DNA of 64,000 nucleotides from positions 512,001 through 576,000 of the forward strand of contig OZ244048.1 in NCBI GenBank assembly GCA_965215265.1. The letters run 5' to 3'. The notes under the pieces were generated by a model. It ran no database searches and was not told where the DNA came from. It saw only the letters and a program-made list of their open reading frames with translations. Both the position numbers and the translations under genes were made by a program. Origin of the DNA: Candidatus Poribacteria bacterium (lineage in GTDB: Bacteria > Poribacteria > WGA-4E > WGA-3G). Positions 42,383-52,476 of the stretch are shown in pieces; within the stretch, counting starts at the first letter, position 1; each line of letters begins with the position of its first letter.

Positions 42383-43204
42383 ATGCAGTATCGCACACTC
42401 GGCAAAACAGGGTTCACAGTCTCAGAAATCGGATACGGTGGTGGAAGAGTTCGCCCGGAACACGATGAAACTGAACTGGTTAAGATGCTCCATCACGCGT
42501 TAGGGAACGGCTTGAACTTCCTTGATACCGCGCCCACCTATGGCGGCGGCTACAGTGAAACGATTATAGGGAAGGCGATTGCCGGACAACGTGATGATTG
42601 TATCGTTGCTACCAAAACGGAGGCATTCGAGCCGGAAGGCATCGTTGCAGATGTAGAAGGCAGCTTAAAACGGCTTAATACGGATTACATTGATGTGTTG
42701 CAATTCCACGGCGGTTGGTTCTATGCAAAGGAGACGCAACAGATTCTGGATGGCGGTGGGTTAGAAACCTATCTGAAACTGAAAGAACAAGGAAAAGTAC
42801 TCTGCATAGGGTTTTCAGCGGACGGTCCCTCCGGCGGTGTAGAACAACTTATTGCCACGGGTGAATTTGACATGATGCAGATACATTACAATCTGATGTA
42901 CCAGAGCACTTGTGACGCATTTGGCAACCGTGGCGTTATCCCCGATGCTGCTGCACAAGAGATGGGCATCGTGCTGATGCGCTCCACAACCAGCAACGCC
43001 TTCCAAAACCTCATACAGCACTGCTTTCCAACCGAGATGGCGGATGCCGACATAGATCGGTTTCTGCTCAACTATTCACTCTCTAACCCGCTGGTGGACG
43101 TTGCACTGATGAGTCTACAAAGCGTTGCCGACGTGGAATGGACAACAGCTGTTTCTAACGATGTCGCTGCGAGACTGGATCTGCGCGCAATTCATGGACG
43201 CTAA
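42383..43204 (+). CDS. Aldo/keto reductase
   Basis: MQYRTLGKTG..VSEIGYG, DTAPTYG, VATK and SLKRLNTDYIDVLQFH. Confidence 0.92.
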   Translation: MQYRTLGKTGFTVSEIGYGGGRVRPEHDETELVKMLHHALGNGLNFLDTAPTYGGGYSETIIGKAIAGQRDDCIVATKTEAFEPEGIVADVEGSLKRLNTDYIDVLQFHGGWFYAKETQQILDGGGLETYLKLKEQGKVLCIGFSADGPSGGVEQLIATGEFDMMQIHYNLMYQSTCDAFGNRGVIPDAAAQEMGIVLMRSTTSNAFQNLIQHCFPTEMADADIDRFLLNYSLSNPLVDVALMSLQSVADVEWTTAVSNDVAARLDLRAIHGR

Positions 43205-43346
43205 ATTTTTGTATTTTTGTATTTTTGTATTTTTCAGCCCCGTCAAGGGTTATGTATTGTTAAATCCGATGTACATCTCGTCGGAGACACCTTCGGTTTT
43301 GACTTTAAAGACGATACCTAAGCAGGCTCTGGCGAGATTTGTAAGG

Positions 43347-43444
43347 GTTTTAATATAGCAGCAATTGGCATTGGGCTTCTGAGGCGGTACCCAGACCGGA
43401 CTTTAACCGTAGAGTTTTAATATAGCAGCAATTGGCATTGGGCT
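43347..43444 (+). repeat. Isolated repeat-spacer-repeat unit (31-bp direct repeat, 36-bp insert)
   Basis: GTTTTAATATAGCAGCAATTGGCATTGGGCT is identical at 43347-43377 and 43414-43444. Confidence 0.85.
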
Positions 43445-43489
43445 CCTATATACAAAAAGCCTTTTCCTGCCGCTCTGTGTGTGTCGCCC

Positions 43490-46186
43490 TTACGAAGCTG
43501 CCAAAAAATTCCGGATGACGTAATCCAAAATCCCTCCATGTTTGTAGTACTCCACTTCTACAGGAGAGTCAATTCTGACACGTAATTCGGTCTTGTGCGT
43601 GTCACCGTTAGCTCTGACGATGTTCAGGTTTGCTGTTTGCCCTGGCTGAAGGTTTTCAGCGAATCCGGTAATACTGATAATTTCGCTGCCGTCTAGGTTG
43701 AGGGTTTGCGCGTTTTCATCCGGTTTAAACTGCAAGGGTAAAATGCCCATTCCAATGAGGTTCGTTCGGTGAATGCGTTCGTAACTCTCCACGACGACGG
43801 CTTTAATTCCAAGGAGTTTGGGTCCTTTGGCTGCCCAATCCCGGGAGCTCCCCATCCCGTAATCCTTGCCAGCAAAGATTACGGTTGGCACGCCATTTTC
43901 ACGGTAGTTAAGCGCTGCTTCATAGATAGTGGTTTCGGTCTCTTCGGGATATTGCACGGTGAATCCACCTTCCACATCCGGTCTCATGAGGTTTCGGACA
44001 CGCCTGTTGGCAAAAGTGCCCCGGCTCATCACCCTGTCGTTTCCACGTCTGGCACCGTAGGTATTGAAATCAAGAGGTTCAACGCCGCGTTCTTGGAGAT
44101 AGTGTCCTGCCGGGCTCGCTGCAGCGATTGCCCCTGCTGGTGAAATATGGTCTGTCGTGACAGAGTCTCCAAAGATGCCAAGGATACGGGCATTAACAAC
44201 ATCCGAAATAAGTTCAGGTTCACGTGTAAACCCTTCAAAAAATGGCGGATGCTGCACGTAGGTGCTTTTTTCGTTCCATGGGTAGAGAACGCCGCTGGCA
44301 CCTGAAAGTTCTTCCCACTCTGGTGCCTGCTTTCCAATCTGCTCATACATCTCTCGGAATGTCTTCCTATTGACAGATGCACGAATCATGTCCGCGATGT
44401 CGTGGCGAGACGGCCAGATATCCCGTAGATAGACAGCCTCACCCGCGTCATTGTGTCCGAGTGGTTCCTGCGTGAGATCTATATCAATTCTGCCTGCGAG
44501 TCCATACGCCACAACGAGAGGTGGTGACATCAGAAAATTCGCTTTTACCTCAGGATGCACGCGTGCCTCAAAATTCCTGTTGCCGCTCAGTACACTCGCA
44601 GTCACGAGGTTCCGGGCATCAATCGCCTCCTGAACGATTTCGTTGAGCGGTCCGCTGTTTCCAATGCAGGTTGTACACCCGTAGCCGACAACGTTGTATC
44701 CCAGTTTTTCCATGTAGGGTAACAATCCTGTGTTCTGCAGATACTCCGTTACAACACGAGAGCCTGGTGCCAAACTGGTTTTAACATAATCAGGAACGCG
44801 TAATCCTTTCTCCACTGCTTTCTTAGCGAGTAGTCCCGCACCAATCATGACGGAGGGATTGCTGGTGTTAGTACAGCTAGTAATAGCGGAAATAGCAACC
44901 GTGCCGTGCCGGAGTCCATCAAGCTGCGCTGATGCAGTCATCCCAAACCCGTCTTCAGCGGTTGGGCGTGTCAGGAGTTCTGTGAACTTTGCTTTAACGG
45001 CAGAGAGTGCTATCCGGTCTTGGGGACGTTTTGGGCCAGCGACACTCGGTTCAATGTCACTGAGTTCAATTTCCAAAATGTCGGAGTAGTTGATTTCTCC
45101 AAGTCGTGGAATGCCAAAGAGTCCTTGTGTTTTGAGATATGCCTCTACGAGTTCAACCTGTATGTCGTCGCGTCCGGTGAGACGTAGATATCTGATTGTT
45201 TCGGCATCTGTAGGGAAGAATCCAATTGTTGCGCCGTATTCAGGACACATATTGGAGAGTGTTGCCCGGTCGGGCAGTGAAAGTGCATCTACACCGGGAC
45301 CGAAGAACTCAACGAACTTATCTACGACTCCAGTTGCTCTGAGACGTTCCGTTACTGTCAATACCAAATCGGTTGCCGTTACGCCTTCTTGCAGTGCCCC
45401 TTTCATGTGAACACCCAGGACTTCCGGAGTCAGAATGTAAACCGGCTGTCCTAACATTGCAGCTTCCGCTTCGATGCCGCCAACACCCCAGCCGACGATG
45501 CCGAGTCCATTAATCATGGTTGTGTGTGAATCTGTCCCGACGACGGTATCCGGATAGGCTAGGCCCTCTTCTGACATGACGACTTGGGCAAGGTATTCCA
45601 AATTTACCTGATGAACTATACCGATAGAAGGTGGAATGATATTGAATTTTTCAAACGCCTGCTGCCCCCATTTTAAAAATTCGTACCGTTCTTTGTTGCG
45701 TGCAAATTCGCGGCGAGTGTTGAACTGAAAAGCGTTCTCTGTCCCGTATGAATCTACTTGTATTGAATGATCTATAACTAGATCTACAGGAACAAGCGGT
45801 TCTATCAGACTCGCATCGCCACCGAGCGCAGCAACAGCAGAACGCATCGCGGCGATATCAACCACGAGCGGCACCCCTGTAAAATCTTGTGCAACGACTC
45901 GGGCAGGTTTAAACGGTATCTCGGCAGCCTTCGGCGAACGTGCATCCCAATTTGCCAAATTTACGATGTCTTGTTCGGTGATATGGTGTCTGTCACAATT
46001 CCGCAATAAGGACTCAAGCAGGATGCGGATGCTGACAGGCAAGGTATTTATTGAACCGATACCGGCCGCTGCAAGCGCCGGAATGGAATAGTAGTTGTAA
46101 TTGAGTCCTCTGTTTTCAAGAACTCGACATGTATTGAATGCATCGATGGCACACTGCGCGTCATTTTGAGATGATTGAGGCATCAT
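43490..46186 (-). CDS. acnA: Aconitate hydratase A
   Basis: QDFTGVP, GTDSHT, AITSCTNTSNP, GYGCTTCIGNSG, TTDHISPAG and GSSRDWAAKG. Confidence 0.97.
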   Translation of the reverse strand: MMPQSSQNDAQCAIDAFNTCRVLENRGLNYNYYSIPALAAAGIGSINTLPVSIRILLESLLRNCDRHHITEQDIVNLANWDARSPKAAEIPFKPARVVAQDFTGVPLVVDIAAMRSAVAALGGDASLIEPLVPVDLVIDHSIQVDSYGTENAFQFNTRREFARNKERYEFLKWGQQAFEKFNIIPPSIGIVHQVNLEYLAQVVMSEEGLAYPDTVVGTDSHTTMINGLGIVGWGVGGIEAEAAMLGQPVYILTPEVLGVHMKGALQEGVTATDLVLTVTERLRATGVVDKFVEFFGPGVDALSLPDRATLSNMCPEYGATIGFFPTDAETIRYLRLTGRDDIQVELVEAYLKTQGLFGIPRLGEINYSDILEIELSDIEPSVAGPKRPQDRIALSAVKAKFTELLTRPTAEDGFGMTASAQLDGLRHGTVAISAITSCTNTSNPSVMIGAGLLAKKAVEKGLRVPDYVKTSLAPGSRVVTEYLQNTGLLPYMEKLGYNVVGYGCTTCIGNSGPLNEIVQEAIDARNLVTASVLSGNRNFEARVHPEVKANFLMSPPLVVAYGLAGRIDIDLTQEPLGHNDAGEAVYLRDIWPSRHDIADMIRASVNRKTFREMYEQIGKQAPEWEELSGASGVLYPWNEKSTYVQHPPFFEGFTREPELISDVVNARILGIFGDSVTTDHISPAGAIAAASPAGHYLQERGVEPLDFNTYGARRGNDRVMSRGTFANRRVRNLMRPDVEGGFTVQYPEETETTIYEAALNYRENGVPTVIFAGKDYGMGSSRDWAAKGPKLLGIKAVVVESYERIHRTNLIGMGILPLQFKPDENAQTLNLDGSEIISITGFAENLQPGQTANLNIVRANGDTHKTELRVRIDSPVEVEYYKHGGILDYVIRNFLAAS

Positions 46187-46213
46187 TCTCTCCTTCCTAT
46201 GGTCGGCAGTAGT

Positions 46214-48892
46214 TCATTCGGAACTATTTTTTCGTTGTAGGCTCGCGATGTCATCAAGCTGCTGGCGAGCATAGACAGTGATAACGTTTTCCGGGTAATT
46301 TGTAATCAACGTGGTATAAGCGGAAATCGCCTTCTCGAAATCGGCGAGCCGCTGGTAAATTTCGGCGAGAGTTATCAAGGCTTTCGCCGCATGTGGGCTC
46401 TCCATTGCGGTAACCTGTTCGTAAGCACCTATCGCCTCAGTATCTTTGTGATTTTCACGATAGATATCACCAAGGAGGAGCCATATATCGTCGCGGATTA
46501 GGGCTTGTGGGTGCGCTTCAAGAATCTGTTGGCACTGCTGTACGGCGGCATCCTTTTGTCCACTCAAATGGAGCTGCACCGCAGTTGCATAGTTTGTGAG
46601 TGGAATTTTGAGATAATCAGGATGATCTTGGATGAGGACAATCTGTTCGAGGGCATCATTCGTTATCTTGTCGGATTTTGAGACGAGGATAACCTTTTTG
46701 TATTCTTCCAATGCTTTTTCAAAGTTGGCAGCAAAGAAATAAGAATCGCCCAGCTGTTTACGGGCGATTGCCCGAAATGCGTTAGGACTGGCGGCGATGC
46801 GAACAAGGATTTCTTGAGCGAGGTTGTATCGTTTCAATAGGAGGTGGCATTCGGCTAGGCCCACCTCCACTTCTTGGCGTTGGCTGGCGGATAAACGGCG
46901 AGTGAGTAACCTTTGGAATGTCATGTGGGCAGCTTTCGGTGCTCGCAAGCCTTGCAATTGCATTTGGCCGAGTTGCATTTGGGTTTCAATAGCATCACTA
47001 CTCGGCAGGATTGCATTCTCTTCGCCGGTTAAGAGTTCAACGGCTTCGCCCCATTTCTCCTTTTTCTGATAAAACGTTGTTAAATTGCGCTTCGCATTCC
47101 GGGCACGTGTTTCGTGCGTGGCAATTTGCATCAGAGTTTTATAGAAGTCTATCGATGCCGGGTGTTCGCTTCGCGCCAAGACTGTCGCGTACCTGTCAAG
47201 AGTTATCTCAGTGTACGACGGATAATTCTCATAGAGTTGTAGAAACCTTTCAAGGGCTTTCTGAGGCTGTCCATCATGAAACAAGAGTTCTGCTAAGGTT
47301 AAGGTGAGGTTTGCATTCCGGGGTTGAAACAAGAGTGCTTTTTCAATGTCGCCAATAAGTTTTGCCATCACTGGATTTTGCGATGCGTTATCGGCAGGTA
47401 AGGTATTCTTGTCTCTCCTTTCAGTCCTTACCTGATTACCTTTTCCTGCCGACCTCTGGTTGGATGTTTTCTCTCTATTGCTTACGGGTGGTAAAACAGG
47501 GGGCTCATAGATGTCCTGCATAGCAAACAAAATCGCGTCCCGTTGGTTATGGACCATGCCGACATTTTGTAGCCCTTCTACGTACACCCTTGCTGCGTCT
47601 GAAAGAAGCCCTTGGATTTTGTACGCGGCTGCTAATTGTATGTAGAGATAGCCGTTTTGAGGTTCTAGGCGGATGGCTTGTCGATACGCCGCTATCGCTT
47701 CTGGGTACATTTTGTGCGAAAGGTAGATGCCACCCAGTTGCTCCTGCCGGTCTGCGTGTGCTGGTTCACTGTTTACCAATTTTTCCCATTCGGCGGCGGC
47801 TTTTTGCATTTTGCCAAGTTTTGCGTAAAGTTCGCCCAATTTTCTGCGAAGGTTTGTATTCGCACTATTTTGTTTGAGCGCGTTCTGATAAAGTGCCAAT
47901 GCCTTAGAATGCGCGCCTTGACGTTGATAGAGTTCCGCTAATTTCTCCAAAAACGTGCTATCGTTCGGATTCGCTTCCATGCGCGCTCTAATCAATTTTT
48001 CTGCTGCTGTATAGTGTTTGTTTTCTGTATAGAGACTAATGAGACTCTTAATCGCACTAGAACGATAAGGCGAATTTGGAAAAGTTTCAAGGAAATAGCG
48101 ATATGACTCCACGGCTTCCGCGTATTTGTTCTGTGCTTCCTCGTATTGTGCGATAAGATAGGCAGCAGTGGAGGCGACACTCGTGCCGGAGTGCTGTTTC
48201 AGAATCTCCTTGCATTGTGAAACAGCCTCATTGAATTGATAACGCTGCCAATATAGGTTGGCAAGCCTATGCACTGCCTGTGTCGCGTAAGAACCATTGG
48301 GGTTTTCGTCAATTATCTCTTTAAAGACACGTCGGGCATCAGCATCTTCCCCACGTTTCACATAACTCTGTCCTAACCTGAGTCGAATGTTATCCTTTTC
48401 GCTCTGTTCAAGGGGTGTTTCTAACAACGCTTGATATGCTTGAATGGCTTCTGCATATCTCCGCTCATAATAATGATCGTGCGCGTTTTCAATTGTATTT
48501 AAGACTTGATGTCTTTCGCCAACGTTGACTTGAGCAACGGCTGAGGATAGAGTGCTCTGCCCACTAACAAAGAGGGTGATAGTAGAGAGGGCAATGAGTG
48601 GCAGGATAGGCAATGGGAGCCACCTACATGCCTTTCGACATCTCGGCAGGTAAGGGATGGTGCCCACCCACCCAATTCCTTTCTTTCTCTGTCCTGAAGG
48701 ACAGACAAGATTACCTTTTACTCGCCACCCACTGGGATTACCTTTTACCTGCCACCTATAGGTTCTTGTCTCTGGCACTGCCGACTCTGGCAGTGCCAGT
48801 GAATAGATTACCTGACCCCGCACCTTTTCCTGCCGACCTTTGGTGCATGTCACGGTGGTTGTGCGTGACAAAAAAGCGAGTAGTTTTTGCAT
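46214..48892 (-). CDS. Tetratricopeptide repeat protein with in-frame repeat insertions
   Basis: Continuous TPR units; RBS GGAG before the ATG at 48892. Non-TPR segments at 47391-47452 and about 48598-48836 are repeat-derived. Confidence 0.8.
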   Translation of the reverse strand: MQKLLAFLSRTTTVTCTKGRQEKVRGQVIYSLALPESAVPETRTYRWQVKGNPSGWRVKGNLVCPSGQRKKGIGWVGTIPYLPRCRKACRWLPLPILPLIALSTITLFVSGQSTLSSAVAQVNVGERHQVLNTIENAHDHYYERRYAEAIQAYQALLETPLEQSEKDNIRLRLGQSYVKRGEDADARRVFKEIIDENPNGSYATQAVHRLANLYWQRYQFNEAVSQCKEILKQHSGTSVASTAAYLIAQYEEAQNKYAEAVESYRYFLETFPNSPYRSSAIKSLISLYTENKHYTAAEKLIRARMEANPNDSTFLEKLAELYQRQGAHSKALALYQNALKQNSANTNLRRKLGELYAKLGKMQKAAAEWEKLVNSEPAHADRQEQLGGIYLSHKMYPEAIAAYRQAIRLEPQNGYLYIQLAAAYKIQGLLSDAARVYVEGLQNVGMVHNQRDAILFAMQDIYEPPVLPPVSNREKTSNQRSAGKGNQVRTERRDKNTLPADNASQNPVMAKLIGDIEKALLFQPRNANLTLTLAELLFHDGQPQKALERFLQLYENYPSYTEITLDRYATVLARSEHPASIDFYKTLMQIATHETRARNAKRNLTTFYQKKEKWGEAVELLTGEENAILPSSDAIETQMQLGQMQLQGLRAPKAAHMTFQRLLTRRLSASQRQEVEVGLAECHLLLKRYNLAQEILVRIAASPNAFRAIARKQLGDSYFFAANFEKALEEYKKVILVSKSDKITNDALEQIVLIQDHPDYLKIPLTNYATAVQLHLSGQKDAAVQQCQQILEAHPQALIRDDIWLLLGDIYRENHKDTEAIGAYEQVTAMESPHAAKALITLAEIYQRLADFEKAISAYTTLITNYPENVITVYARQQLDDIASLQRKNSSE

Positions 48893-48999
48893 TTCGTTCT
48901 CCAGAATAATTTGAGAGAAGTACCCGACAAAATTACCGGAACTATCTCCCAATGGGTCAAGTGTCTGAGTTTTTGATGTTGTTCCCTATTGACGGATAA

Positions 49000-49066
49000 G
49001 GTGGCAGAATAGGTATTCTTTCTCTGTCCATGAGAGAAGATTACCTTTTACCTGCCACCCATTGGG
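49000..49066. repeat. Composite palindromic repeat element (intergenic copy)
   Basis: GGTGGCAGAATAGGTATTCTTTCTCTGTCC...AGATTACCTTTTACCTGCCACC, with the same ends as the 42.2 and 48.7 kb copies. Confidence 0.75.
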
Positions 49067-49098
49067 TATTGACAGGCTCAGGTCAATACGAAGTTTTT

Positions 49099-52000
49099 TT
49101 ATGTTTGAGTTTCGAGCTGTTGGTTGAGCGCTTCAATGGCGCGTTGTACCGCCTGTGCGTTTAACGTGTCTGTTGTCGATGTTTCGGTATAGATATGTGC
49201 AGCAGTAGAAAAGAGCAGCAAGCTCTCGGAAAATTTTTGTTCGGCACGGTACAACCGTCCGAATTGATAGAGCGAATCTGCAATCTCGCGTAGTTGTCCG
49301 GTGTTGTAGCGTATCTGCAGGCTTTCGGTATAGTATTGTCGTGCTTCAGCAAGTTTTCCTTGCCGCAGTGCGATTTTCCCAAGGCTATCCAGCAAATACG
49401 CGATGCCGTTTATGGCAGGACTCGCCACCCACTGGGTTGCATCTGACAATTCACGAGCAAGGTTCAGGCTCTCTGTATAATAGCCGGCTGCTGTTGTATC
49501 ATCGCCTTGCCGGTACGCAATTAAGCCCAGGTGGCTTAATGAATAAGAGACCCCCTGATTGTCCCCGAGCTCTCTCTGAAGATTGAGGCTTTCCTTGTGA
49601 TAGCTAGCCGCTTCAGTGTATCTCTCTTGACGATATGCAAGCAGTCCGAGGTGGTTCAGTGAGGTAGCAATGCCGCGTTTATCTGCCAGTTCTCTCCGAA
49701 TTTCTAAGCTTTCCTCATGGTAGCGTTTTGCTTCGTCTCGTAATCCTTGCTGGTTTGCAGTTTTCCCCAAATTGTTGAGAGAATAAGCGATACCGCGTTT
49801 ATCCCGGAGCTCGCGAGCCAGGTGTAAACTTTCCGCGTACAGTCCCTTCGCTTCTTCAAAACGACGATGGTGATATGCTGTGAGGCCCAAGTTGTCTAGG
49901 GCATAAGCGATTAACCATTTATCTTCCAATGCTTTTGCAAGCTGGAGGCTCTCCGTAAAATAGGCATCCGCTTTTTCATGCTGCTCTTGATAACGGGCGA
50001 TAATTCCGAGTTGGTTTAATGCCTTGACGATGCCTTGTTGATGGCCTGTGATTCTGAAAATCTGGAGTCCTTCCTCACACACTTGCCGTGCAGTTTCGCA
50101 ATTCTGTTGGGTATTATAGAATTTCGCCAACGATATGAGGACATTCGCTAGTAGTTCGCGTCTGATTCCGTCTTTCAATTCGCATTTCCGCAAGGCAGTT
50201 TCTGCAGCTCGAAGCCATTTAATGCCTTCGCCCCACAAACCACGGATATAGAAAAACTGTGTGAGTGCAGCTGCAAGTTGGCTGAAGACGTACCACTCGC
50301 CTTGTTCCATGCTAAATGTTAAAGCGGCGCGAAAATTATCTAGTTCAATTGCCATTTCGGCAAGCGCTGTACTCTGTTCTGCCCCTTTTAGTTTCTTGTC
50401 TTCTTCCTGTGCTAAGTTGAGATAATAATTGGCGTGCATTCGTCTAAAGTCTGTGGTGTCTTTCTGTTTTTCACGCATGTATATTTGTAAAGGGACAGAG
50501 AGACGGTAGCGCGTTCGAGTTAAATGCTTTTCCTGAATGAGCAGCGATTTATCGTGTAAACTGAAAATCAGATCAAGTGTCTTATCGGTATTTTCACTAC
50601 AGATAACTTCGGCGGCTTCTAAGAAAAAACCACCTGAAAAGAGAGCTAGCTGCCCTAGCATGTCCTGTTCTTCAACATTTAAAAGTTGGTACGACCAGGA
50701 TATCACAGCACTGAGTGTTTGATGCCGTGCAGGCACATCACGGTGCGGTGTGCAAAGGAATCCGAGTTGTGTTGACAATCGTTTGAGGATGTGTTGCGGT
50801 GTCATGCTGCGGACCCGTGCTGCAGCAAGTTCGATTGCGAGGGAGAGTCCATCAAGTGAACGGCAGACCTCTGCAACAGCCTCAGCATTCTCGAGGGTTA
50901 ATTTAAAATTCGGTGAGACAGCCTTCGCTCGCGCTAAAAAGAGTTGAACACTCTCAGATTTTTCATACATTGGCAGAGTGTCTCTGGACAACGCAAATTC
51001 CGCTGGCGGGACAGATAACGGCGGTACAACGAACGTTTGTTCCCCGGAAATTTGCAGCCACTCCCGTGAAGTTGCCAAGCAGTGCAATTTAGGACACCTG
51101 CGCAGAAGGGTGTTCACATATACGGCACCTCCAATCAGATGTTCAAAGTTATCTAGGACCAGCAGCAGTTCTTTTTCTGCAAGGTATGTGACAACCTGCT
51201 CCATTATATTCGTCACGGTGTCCAACGTTTTTATATCATCTGGCTCCGATCCGATGGTTATTTTGCTATCAGATTTTTGAGGCAATCTCAATGAAATAGA
51301 GAGGGCAGTTGCTAACTCTGTGACGAGATGCTCAGGCTGAACCAGATCTGCTAAGGGAATGAACCACACACCGTCTGGATATTTATCTAGTAATTCTGAT
51401 GCAACGTAGAGCGCGAGGCGGGTTTTGCCGATGCCGCCGGGGCCAGTCAAGGTGACAAGGCGACTCTCTGCTCTCGTAAACAAGTGTGTGATGCTTTGAA
51501 CCTCGGTTTCTCTTCCGATAAAACTGTTCACCGATACCGGCAAATTGTTCGGGAATCTATCAACGGTTCGCAGCGGTGGAAATTCGTTCTTGTAAGGAAC
51601 GTGCAATTGGAAAATTCGTTCCCGACGCTGGAGATTTTTTAGGCGATGCTCCCCGACATCCTGGAAACTTCCATTTGGAAATTGTGATTTGACGAGTTCG
51701 TGCGTTGCTGCAGATAGCAAAATCTGTCCGCCGTGTCCAGCATCCGTAATCCGTTTTGTGAGGTTCGCAGGCATTCCTTGATATTCATTATCAAGTAACA
51801 GCAAATCACCGGTATGAATTCCGATCCGAATCTTCACTTTGTCTACGGGTTCGGGCCAGTCGTATGCCTCGAAGGCTAACTGTGCTTCAAGGGCGCACGC
51901 GACAGCATTTCTTGCTGTAGAAAACAAAAAAGCAAATGCATCCCCTTCACTGCTAAGTTCTTGCCCACTCCATTTGGTGCTTGCTTCCCGTAATATCGCG

Positions 52001-52179
52001 TTGTGCGAGGCTATGACAGCTGCCATAATTGTGTCTTGATGTTGCTCCCACAGCAATGTAGAACCTTCAATATCCGTAAACATCAAGGTAACAGTACCTC
52101 TTGAAATATGTGCGGTTGCATTGCTTTCTGATTTGGGATCTGGAACTTGCACGGCTGCTAACTGACTCTGTTGTGCCAT
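49099..52179 (-). CDS. Adenylate/guanylate cyclase + NB-ARC/STAND ATPase + TPR protein
   Basis: TLMFTDIEGST, GDAF and RIGIHTG (class III cyclase); GPGGIGKTRLA, LLVLDNFEH and LDGLSLAIELAAAR; C-terminal 40-aa TPR repeats. Confidence 0.9.
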   Translation of the reverse strand: MAQQSQLAAVQVPDPKSESNATAHISRGTVTLMFTDIEGSTLLWEQHQDTIMAAVIASHNAILREASTKWSGQELSSEGDAFAFLFSTARNAVACALEAQLAFEAYDWPEPVDKVKIRIGIHTGDLLLLDNEYQGMPANLTKRITDAGHGGQILLSAATHELVKSQFPNGSFQDVGEHRLKNLQRRERIFQLHVPYKNEFPPLRTVDRFPNNLPVSVNSFIGRETEVQSITHLFTRAESRLVTLTGPGGIGKTRLALYVASELLDKYPDGVWFIPLADLVQPEHLVTELATALSISLRLPQKSDSKITIGSEPDDIKTLDTVTNIMEQVVTYLAEKELLLVLDNFEHLIGGAVYVNTLLRRCPKLHCLATSREWLQISGEQTFVVPPLSVPPAEFALSRDTLPMYEKSESVQLFLARAKAVSPNFKLTLENAEAVAEVCRSLDGLSLAIELAAARVRSMTPQHILKRLSTQLGFLCTPHRDVPARHQTLSAVISWSYQLLNVEEQDMLGQLALFSGGFFLEAAEVICSENTDKTLDLIFSLHDKSLLIQEKHLTRTRYRLSVPLQIYMREKQKDTTDFRRMHANYYLNLAQEEDKKLKGAEQSTALAEMAIELDNFRAALTFSMEQGEWYVFSQLAAALTQFFYIRGLWGEGIKWLRAAETALRKCELKDGIRRELLANVLISLAKFYNTQQNCETARQVCEEGLQIFRITGHQQGIVKALNQLGIIARYQEQHEKADAYFTESLQLAKALEDKWLIAYALDNLGLTAYHHRRFEEAKGLYAESLHLARELRDKRGIAYSLNNLGKTANQQGLRDEAKRYHEESLEIRRELADKRGIATSLNHLGLLAYRQERYTEAASYHKESLNLQRELGDNQGVSYSLSHLGLIAYRQGDDTTAAGYYTESLNLARELSDATQWVASPAINGIAYLLDSLGKIALRQGKLAEARQYYTESLQIRYNTGQLREIADSLYQFGRLYRAEQKFSESLLLFSTAAHIYTETSTTDTLNAQAVQRAIEALNQQLETQT

Positions 52180-52212
52180 GGTTTCAATTTGTTGTCGTAG
52201 ATATTAGATTTG

Positions 52213-52467
52213 CTATTGACACTGCTTTGGAGACACACGGTTCCTGATTGTACGTGACACCCGCCCACCCAAATCCTTCGCGAGAGTCATAAGTGTAAGT
52301 TGACTGATGTGCAGCAGCGAAGCTCGCAAGAAGGGACTCGTTCCAAGAGGGTGTCCGGATTGCGTATGCCACACCGATTTTTGTAAAGTCCGAACAGTGC
52401 TGCCAAGTTGGACGGATGCCTTCATAATGTTTTTCGCATGGCACTGTTCAAAAATGAGTTCTTTCAT
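52213..52467 (-). CDS. Small hypothetical protein
   Basis: RBS AAAGGA plus ATG; fills the gap between co-oriented genes and contains a repeat module (KDLGGR). Confidence 0.35.
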   Translation of the reverse strand: MKELIFEQCHAKNIMKASVQLGSTVRTLQKSVWHTQSGHPLGTSPFLRASLLHISQLTLMTLAKDLGGRVSRTIRNRVSPKQCQ

Positions 52468-52476
52468 TTATTCCTT

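Noticed and set aside
43205-43234. (ATTTTTGT)x3 short tandem repeat
   Set aside because: A short intergenic low-complexity tract after a stop codon, with no evident function.
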